A DNA stretch of 20,000 bases, from IMG/VR virus record IMGVR_UViG_3300005201_000352. One strand, written 5' to 3'. Shown piece after piece: positions 14,083 through 20,000 of the stretch (its first letter is position 1; each line of letters starts with the position of its first letter). This stretch comes from an uncultured virus (IMG/VR IMGVR_UViG_3300005201_000352) (Duplodnaviria > Heunggongvirae > Uroviricota > Caudoviricetes). Under the pieces are notes generated by a model that ran no database searches, was not told where the DNA came from, and saw nothing but the letters and a program-made list of their open reading frames with translations. The translations under genes were made by a program, and so were the position numbers.

Positions 14083-14592
14083 TTAATACACCTCCCTTCT
14101 ATCGTGTATGGCAAGAGCGCCACGAAAACCGTATAATTCAGTAAATCTTGAATCACAACTATAGCCAAAATTACCGCCAAACATATAGTGCTTCTTGTCA
14201 TCGTCCATCGGTGCGAGGTGCCAAACATCTTTGCCGTAAATAACCCGGTGAACAACATGGACTAGGTTTTCTTCGTCCCCGTTAATTTCAAGATTGCCGT
14301 CTTTACAAGCGATAAGCAGTTCATCAAATCTTTCTGAAATGCCGCCATTCGCGCAGTGGTATTTTGGATTACGGTAAACATTTATATCAATCGCTTTCAT
14401 TTTCTTAACTGATCTGGTTTCCCAAGCTCCGTTAGGATAAGTAACGTCAATTTCTTCCCGCACTTCGTCTGCGCTTTCTTTGTCTCTAAAAAGTTTGCGC
14501 TTTGACTTTTTAGCGGTTGGCTTATAGTCATCTCCAATAAAGCAAACTTCACCGTCTTCTACGCTTTCAATATAATAGATAAAATCATTCAT
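14083..14592 (-). CDS. Phage protein with C-terminal CxNGGIS...MFGGNF..SCDSRF...AIHDR domain
   Basis: ATG 14592 with SD AAGGAGG; the C-terminal half (from Met at 14400) looks like a common stand-alone phage domain. Confidence 0.75.
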   Translation of the reverse strand: MNDFIYYIESVEDGEVCFIGDDYKPTAKKSKRKLFRDKESADEVREEIDVTYPNGAWETRSVKKMKAIDINVYRNPKYHCANGGISERFDELLIACKDGNLEINGDEENLVHVVHRVIYGKDVWHLAPMDDDKKHYMFGGNFGYSCDSRFTELYGFRGALAIHDRREVY

Positions 14593-14962
14593 TCTTTGCC
14601 TCCTTCTTGCACGTTTCATAATTTACAGCTACAAGACTTTGAATCTTGCTTAATAAGCTTTCCGCTCTTGTTTTTACATCATCCGAAGTAATTAAAAGTT
14701 CGAACATTGGTTTATTAAATCTTTTGGCTTCTGCGACTGTTTCGTTATTGAGATTAAAAAACATAGACAAATCAATACCTTTGTCAGCAGTTATATAAGG
14801 GACAAGTTGGTAAACACCATAGCTATAAACCAAGTCAACTCTATATTTATTTACATAAGATAAGATGTGTTTATGGCAACCGCCAAAATACGGGTCATTT
14901 GCCCTCTTTTCACAAAGCGTTGCTTCTCTTTTTTGTTTCTGGTAATTATAAGTAATTCCCAT
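14585..14962 (-). CDS. Hypothetical phage protein
   Basis: SD AAGGGA; overlaps the next gene. Confidence 0.65.
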   Translation of the reverse strand: MGITYNYQKQKREATLCEKRANDPYFGGCHKHILSYVNKYRVDLVYSYGVYQLVPYITADKGIDLSMFFNLNNETVAEAKRFNKPMFELLITSDDVKTRAESLLSKIQSLVAVNYETCKKEAKNE

Positions 14963-14973
14963 AATCTAATCCC

Positions 14974-15156
14974 TTAATAACCGTAAGCGTCCGAGCCGCC
15001 GCGCTGTTTTGCATAACTTTCCGCTTCGGCGCGTGTTTCAAAATCGCGGTATTCGCTTTTACAGGTAAACCCACGATAGCCACTCCAACCACTGGTAAAC
15101 TCGTGGTAAATAAAATTACCATTGACTTCCCTTATCTCATAAAGAAGTTGTGTCAT
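14974..15156 (-). CDS. Hypothetical phage protein
   Basis: ATGA coupling; FETRAEAESYAK helix motif. Confidence 0.65.
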   Translation of the reverse strand: MTQLLYEIREVNGNFIYHEFTSGWSGYRGFTCKSEYRDFETRAEAESYAKQRGGSDAYGY

Positions 15157-15350
15157 TTCATTACCCCTGTGTTTTTGAAATACGCAATAGCGTGATGTAT
15201 TGCTTCGGCTTCTTCAAGGTAAATACCTTGAGACATATTTGAATCTTTGTGTTTAAAAACAACTCTTTTACCAGAAGAATATCCATTATCTTCAATCCAA
15301 ACCTCAATATCACCTTCAACGCTTTCCCAAACTTGGCTTTTAGTCTTCAT
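15153..15350 (-). CDS. Hypothetical protein, first gene after promoter cassette copy 2
   Basis: ATG 15350 after SD AAGGAG, same geometry as 7359. Confidence 0.65.
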   Translation of the reverse strand: MKTKSQVWESVEGDIEVWIEDNGYSSGKRVVFKHKDSNMSQGIYLEEAEAIHHAIAYFKNTGVMK

Positions 15351-15541
15351 CTTCAATCTCCTTCGGTTATCGTAATAACCAGATTTAATTTTTTATAAGA
15401 TTTATTTATCATCTTATATTTATATTATAGCGTATAAGTAAATATATATCAATAGTTTTTAGAAAATATTTTATCTTTTTTTGAAAATATTTTTTAGTTT
15501 TACTATACAAATGTTTATTTTTTGTTAATGGCGCGTAACGG
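15346..15541 (-). repeat. Promoter/leader/RBS cassette, copy 2 (direct repeat of 7355-7547)
   Basis: Direct sequence comparison; offset 7993 bp. Confidence 0.95.
15424..15452 (-). promoter_or_regulatory. Strong sigma70 promoter TTGATA-17-TATAAT
   Basis: -35 at 15447-15452, -10 at 15424-15429; identical to copy 1. Confidence 0.85.
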
Positions 15542-15557
15542 GTTGCGCGTAACATAA

Positions 15558-16829
15558 TCACACAACCTTGAACATTTTATTCTCAAGTGAAAGTTCAGGC
15601 TGTTGCGCTTTCTCACTCACCTTCTTGCTAATCTTATTCATCGTGTTAGCCGGTTCGTGCAGATACCCAAGCGTAGTTTCCATTCTGGAATGACCAAGCA
15701 TTTTTTGAATGTAACGTAACGGTACACCGTCATTTTCCAGTATTGACGCAAGGCTGTGTCTTGAGCTATGCGGAACAATATTGCGCCCTTCTGTATTAAT
15801 CCCTGCTTTCTTTAACCATCGCGGCACCCAATAAGGCAGATAACGCGGACCTGGTACGCTTCCGTCTTTTCTACAAAAAACAAACTCGTATTTACCGTAA
15901 GCCTCCCATAGTTCTTTTATAGCTTCCTGTAATTGCAATGGAAAAATAGTTTCTCTTGTCTTATGACATTTTGGATCACCCATTTCGCGGTTCTTTGAGG
16001 CAAAGCGTTTCCATGCGTGTAAAACTTTAATACGAGGAGTTTTCCAATCTAGGTCATCAGGCTGTAATGCGAATATCTCAGAGCGTCTTAATCCTGCATA
16101 GAACATCGCGGCGCAAACCGCTTTCTGCAAGGGATCGGTCAGTACATTGGGCTGGAACAGTGCGATTAGTTCGTCTTGAGTGAGAGCGTCTCTCTTTACT
16201 GCTTTTCTACCCTTCGGAGCTTTTATATTTCTGAACGGATTAAACCAGCCGTGATTAGCATCTTCATACATATTAAACGCCATGCGGAGAAATGAAAGCA
16301 AGGTTTCAAACGTTCTCGTTCCGACAATTACTTTAGTTCCTTTGTGATTCTTTTTGAGCCCAAGCCGTCCGATAAATGCTAGTAAATCAGTCTCAACAAC
16401 AGAAGCCATGCTAAACTTCATAAATGGATCTTCTTTCAGATATAAATCGAACTTTATCCTGTACCCTTCTATTGTGTCCGGCGAATAAGGCAATCCTTCT
16501 GAAATAAGCACTGCGCTACGAGGGTTATCATCAAGAGAAATGAATTTATTAAGCCAGTCGCCAACGGTTATATCTTTCGGAGCAACTCTCTGACCGCTAG
16601 AGATCTGTTTTTTAAGAAACTCGATAAGCACATCTGCTGCATTATCAGCGGCAGACTTTGATTTCGGTTCTCTGAGATGAGCAAGCTCGATAGGAAAGCG
16701 CGAAAAACTTACCCTTGTCCATTCTTTGCAGATATTCAATGGCAGTCCTGAGACTGGAGTAATAGTGATCATAAACTTTTTGGTATCTTTGCGGCGATAT
16801 GTTTTAAATCTTGACATAGCTCTCGGCAT
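15558..16829 (-). CDS. int: Phage tyrosine recombinase/integrase (423 aa)
   Basis: GLRRSEI, HSSRHS, LGHS and TLGY catalytic motifs; start MPRAMS at 16829 after SD AGGAG. Confidence 0.95.
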   Translation of the reverse strand: MPRAMSRFKTYRRKDTKKFMITITPVSGLPLNICKEWTRVSFSRFPIELAHLREPKSKSAADNAADVLIEFLKKQISSGQRVAPKDITVGDWLNKFISLDDNPRSAVLISEGLPYSPDTIEGYRIKFDLYLKEDPFMKFSMASVVETDLLAFIGRLGLKKNHKGTKVIVGTRTFETLLSFLRMAFNMYEDANHGWFNPFRNIKAPKGRKAVKRDALTQDELIALFQPNVLTDPLQKAVCAAMFYAGLRRSEIFALQPDDLDWKTPRIKVLHAWKRFASKNREMGDPKCHKTRETIFPLQLQEAIKELWEAYGKYEFVFCRKDGSVPGPRYLPYWVPRWLKKAGINTEGRNIVPHSSRHSLASILENDGVPLRYIQKMLGHSRMETTLGYLHEPANTMNKISKKVSEKAQQPELSLENKMFKVV

Positions 16830-16851
16830 AAGGTTTTCTCCTGAGAAAAAA

Positions 16852-16895
16852 TAACGTGTTAACGTGTAAAATAAAATACACGAATCGTACACGTT
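16852..16895. promoter_or_regulatory. Putative integrase arm-type binding sites
   Basis: TAACGTGT x2 in tandem (16852-16867) and inverted TACACG / TACACGTT (16877-16882, 16888-16895) between int and the tRNA. Confidence 0.5.
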
Positions 16896-16931
16896 TTACC
16901 CTATACCGAAAATTCTTTAAAAACAGAAATC

Positions 16932-16961
16932 AAATATGTCCTGTCCTATCAAGACATATTT
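16932..16961. repeat. Inverted repeat adjoining the tRNA 3' end (att region)
   Basis: AAATATGTC-N12-GACATATTT two bases from the tRNA-Val discriminator. Confidence 0.6.
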
Positions 16962-16963
16962 AC

Positions 16964-17037
16964 TGGGCACACCCGGATTCGAACCAGGGACATCTTGCGT
17001 GTAAAGCAAGCGCTCTAACCAGCTGAGCTATGCGCCC
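16964..17037 (-). tRNA. tRNA-Val(TAC), probable attB target
   Basis: GGGCGCA-TA-GCTC..GAGC-G-CTTGC(TTTACAC)GCAAG-ATGTC-CCTGG(TTCGAAT)CCGGG-TGTGCCC-A; CCA not encoded. Confidence 0.97.
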
Positions 17038-17102
17038 GATTTTTCAAAAAGCGACTACCCAAAAACAGCCGCCGATACATTAGATCATAAAATAGTCGAT
17101 CA

Positions 17103-17159
17103 AGCGGCTGACCGAAGGCAGCCGCTCAAATAAGGGATTTGAGCTGAAAGCTCAAATCC
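17103..17159. other. Two stable hairpins in the tRNA-Gly/tRNA-Val spacer
   Basis: AGCGGCTG/CAGCCGCT (17103-17126) and GGATTTGAGC/GCTCAAATCC (17135-17159). Confidence 0.55.
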
Positions 17160-17169
17160 TTCAAAACCG

Positions 17170-17241
17170 AGCGGCTGATGGGAGTCGAACCCACGTCTCC
17201 AGCTTGGAAGGCTGGGGTAATAGCCGTTATACGACAGCCGC
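17170..17241 (-). tRNA. tRNA-Gly(TCC)
   Basis: GCGGCTG...CCAGC(CTTCCAA)GCTGG-AGAC-GTGGG(TTCGACT)CCCAT-CAGCCGC-T; upstream TTGACA at 17276-17281. Confidence 0.97.
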
Positions 17242-17300
17242 CTGATAACAAGATATTCCCAAAAATAGGCATTTTTGTCAAGAGCATTTATATTGAAATT

Positions 17301-17411
17301 AACCGCGGATTACACGGATTTAAGAGGATAACACGGATAATTCTTATAGGGATTCCCTATTAATTCATTCTTATCCGTGTTTATCTGTGTTCATCCGCGC
17401 TATCCGTGGTT
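17301..17411. repeat. MITE/REP-like palindromic element built of ~9-nt ACACGGAT units
   Basis: Terminal inverted repeats AACCGCGGAT / ATCCGTGGTT with internal CACGGAT and ATCCGTG units; intergenic, just downstream of cadA. Confidence 0.65.
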
Positions 17412-17425
17412 CAAAAAAATAAATT

Positions 17426-19427
17426 TTACTTCCGTAAAATGCGCATGGCGTTTAAAACGGCGATTAGCGAGACGCCGACGTCGGCGAATACGGCTTCCCA
17501 CATGCCGGCGACGCCGAATGCGCCGAGTACCAGAAAGGCGGTTTTTACGCCAAGCGCAAAAATAATGTTTTGACTGACAATGCGCTTTGTATAGCGGGCA
17601 ATGTCTACAGCTTGCGCAAGTTTTGAGGGCTCGTCCGTCATCNNNNNNNNNNNNNNNNNNNNNNNNNNNNNNNNNNNNNNNNNNNNNNNNNNNNNNNNNN
17701 NNNNNNNNNNNNNNNNNNNNNNNNNNNNNNNNNNNNNNNNNNNNNNNNNNNNNNNNNNNNNNNNNNNNNNNNNNNNNNNNNNNNNNNNNNNNNNNNNNNN
17801 NNTCGGCGGCTTCGATAGCGGCGTCGGAGCCGAGGCCGCCCATGGCGACACCTATGTCCGCAATCGCGAGAACGGGAGCGTCGTTTATGCCGTCGCCGAT
17901 AAAGGCCAGTTTGCAGTTCTTCTCCTTTTTAGCGTTGAGTTTTTCCAGTATCTCAACTTTTTCCTGTGGAAGAAGGCCTGAGTATACTTCGTCAAGTCCC
18001 AATTCGCCGGCGATTGCCTCTGCAATTTGCGGACTGTCGCCTGTAAGCATAACGGTTTTTCTCACTCCCCTTGCCTTCAGCGACGACACAAGGCCGCGGC
18101 TGTCGGGTTTGATTTCATCAGATATGACAATACAGCCGGCAAAAATATTATCAAAGGCCACATAGACTTTTGTTCCGTTGTTACTCGAAACTTGATAATT
18201 AATTTTTTTGTCGGCCATTAGTTTTTCGTTTCCGGCAAGGATCAATTTTCCGTTTTGTTTAACGCTTACTCCGTATCCTGCAAGTTCGGTATATTCGCTA
18301 AGGCCGCTCCTGTTCACTTCCCCGCCAAACTCCTGCATGACAGATAACGCGATGGGATGATTCGAAAAAGCTTCGGCATTTGCAGCTAACTCAAGCAGGC
18401 TGTTTTTATCAAAACCGTTTGCCGGCTGGACAGAAGTTACTTTGAACACTCCCTTTGTCAGTGTTCCCGTTTTATCAAAGACGGCGATATCGAGATGATT
18501 GAAAGCTTCAAGATAATTGCCGCCTTTTACAAGTATGCCGCTTTTTGCCGCCCTGCCGATGCCGCCAAAAAAACTCATCGGAATTGACAGCACGAGTGCG
18601 CACGGACATGAAATGACAAGGAAGACAAGCGCGCGGTGTATCCATTGTGGCCACCCGCCAAGAAAGAGAGGCGGCAGTGTTGCAAGAAGGAGCGCAAGGA
18701 AAATAACTACAGGCGTGTAGTAGCGCGCGAAGGTCGTGATAAAATTTTCAGTTTTCGCTTTTTTACCCGCGGCATTTTCAACAAGATCGATAATTTTTGA
18801 AACAGTCGACTCGCCGAAAGTCTTTGTAACTTCTACCGTTAACAAGCCGCTTATGTTGACACAGCCCGATAAAACGTTATCTGAAACTCCCGTCTTTCTG
18901 GGAACGGACTCTCCTGTAAGAGCCGATGTGTCGAGCATGGATTGGCCTTCGATGACAATTCCGTCGAGGGGGATTTTTTCTCCGGGTTTTACAATTATTG
19001 TATCGCCGACACATATGGTATCAGGAGACGTTTTGATTATTTCACCGTCTCTTTTCAGATTGGCGTAATCGGGCCTTATGTCCATCAGGTTTGTGATGGA
19101 CTTTTTTGAGTTCGCTACTGCCATTTCCATCAGGAACTCGCCTGTCTGATAAAAGAGCATGACGCCTACAGCTTCGGCGGACTCTCCGATAGCGAAGGCC
19201 CCGATAGTGGCGAGGCTCATCAAAAAGTTTTCGTCAAAAAACTGCCCCCGCAAAATGTTTTTAAGCGCGCGTAAAATTACATCGCTTCCCAAGAGGAGGT
19301 ATCCTGTTATAAAAATGACAAGCGGAATATAGCCGCTCATAATTTCTGTTTTTTCGATAATCATTCCGGCGGCCAAAACAAGCGCGCCAAAAATCAGTCT
19401 GGTTATCATCATACTTTCTTTTTTCAT
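17426..19427 (-). CDS. cadA: Heavy-metal (Cd/Zn/Pb) translocating P1B-type ATPase, spanning an N gap
   Basis: DENFLM, LTGES, ISCPCAL, DKTGTLT, NHPIA, GDGINDAP; C-terminus MTDEP...AVFADVGV...LNAMR in another frame after the gap; no N-terminal HMA domain seen. Confidence 0.92.
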
Positions 19428-19590
19428 AAACCCTCTGTTACGTCGCGTGAGCGACGATGTAAATCGAAGTTTCCGCAATGCGGAAACAAAACCCCTTCCA
19501 ATTAATTCTATAATTGCTCAATCATTCAACTATCATACAAAAAAAACAACTCATCAATATAAATCCGGATCAGAAATTAATTTCGATCCT

Positions 19591-20000
19591 TTATTCATGA
19601 ATATGTTCGAAGCCCTTTTCAAAGATGTCTTTTACATGGTCGTCCGCAAGAGAGTAAAAAACAATCTGNNNNNNNNNNNNNNNNNNNNNNNNNNNNNNNN
19701 NNNNNNNNNNNNNNNNNNNNNNNNNNNNNNNNNNNNNNNNNNNNNNNNNNNNNNNNNNNNNNNNNNNNNNNNNNNNNNNNNNNNNNNNNNNNNNNNNNNN
19801 NNNNNNNNNNNNNNNNNNNNNNNNNAAGGTTTGAAAGACGCAAAGATTTCAGCTGGTGGGAAATCGCCGACTTTGTCATTCCCAGCAGAACCGCCAAATC
19901 ACAGACGCACATTGAATGGCAGGACAGCGCCCACAGAATCTTCACGCGGGTGCTGTCGGAAAACATTTTGTACAGATTCGCAAGATCATAAAAATCCCCG
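19591..20000 (-). CDS. ArsR/SmtB family metalloregulator (5' end outside window; spans an N gap)
   Basis: KMFSDSTRVKIL...MCVCDLA...KSAISHQL..LR [gap] QIVFYSLADDHVKDIFEKGFEHIHE* with alpha5-type DxH...HxxE ligands. Confidence 0.9.

Larger units (their letters stand above)
1..16964. mobile_element. Temperate prophage (integration, accessory, immunity, early and recombination modules); continues beyond the left edge of the window
   Basis: Tyrosine integrase next to a tRNA-Val 3' end; dense small co-oriented ORFs; NinG, Lar, Gp157, DUF1351, SSB and SSAP-like genes; host-type genes (tRNAs, P-type ATPase, ArsR) on the other side of the tRNA. Confidence 0.92.

Noticed and set aside
16830..16892. 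N-terminal extension of the integrase given in the ORF track
   Set aside because: Overlaps the putative arm-site repeats; ATG 16829 has a proper SD
17301..17411. Possible CRISPR array
   Set aside because: Units are ~9 nt with no unique spacers and are arranged as an inverted element; no cas genes nearby
711..19068. Many + strand and shadow ORFs in the track (e.g. 711-974, 3305-3589, 10297-10671, 17587-18165, 18736-19068)
   Set aside because: Antisense to or out of frame within well-supported genes, with no recognisable motifs

Overview
About 1-16.96 kb is one arm of a temperate prophage integrated at the 3' end of a host tRNA-Val(TAC). The host is probably a spirochete (Treponema-like), inferred from the SSB types. 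Reading the minus strand from the att end: tyrosine integrase; an operon of small accessory genes behind a near-consensus sigma70 promoter cassette (DUF3846-like, a type I hammerhead ribozyme, SSB, DUF6011/DUF6166-like, HTH+AT-hook protein); a divergent + strand pair (RHH repressor-like gene, EEP nuclease); a perfect-consensus leftward promoter with a palindromic operator and a structured attenuator-like leader; Cro/Xis-like HTH, Lar, NinG; a ~500-nt non-coding cluster of structured RNAs including two non-canonical tRNA-like RNAs; a second copy of the promoter cassette; more small genes; and a recombination module (DUF1351, Gp157, putative SSAP, SSB, NinB-like). The host side carries tRNA-Val, tRNA-Gly, a MITE/REP-like element, a CadA/ZntA-type P1B ATPase and an ArsR/SmtB regulator. 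The most unusual features are the tRNA-mimic ncRNA cluster (7589-8068), the hammerhead directly in front of ssb, and the duplicated ~195-bp promoter cassette with a candidate AT-hook silencer. All family assignments come from motif recognition by eye; no searches were run.
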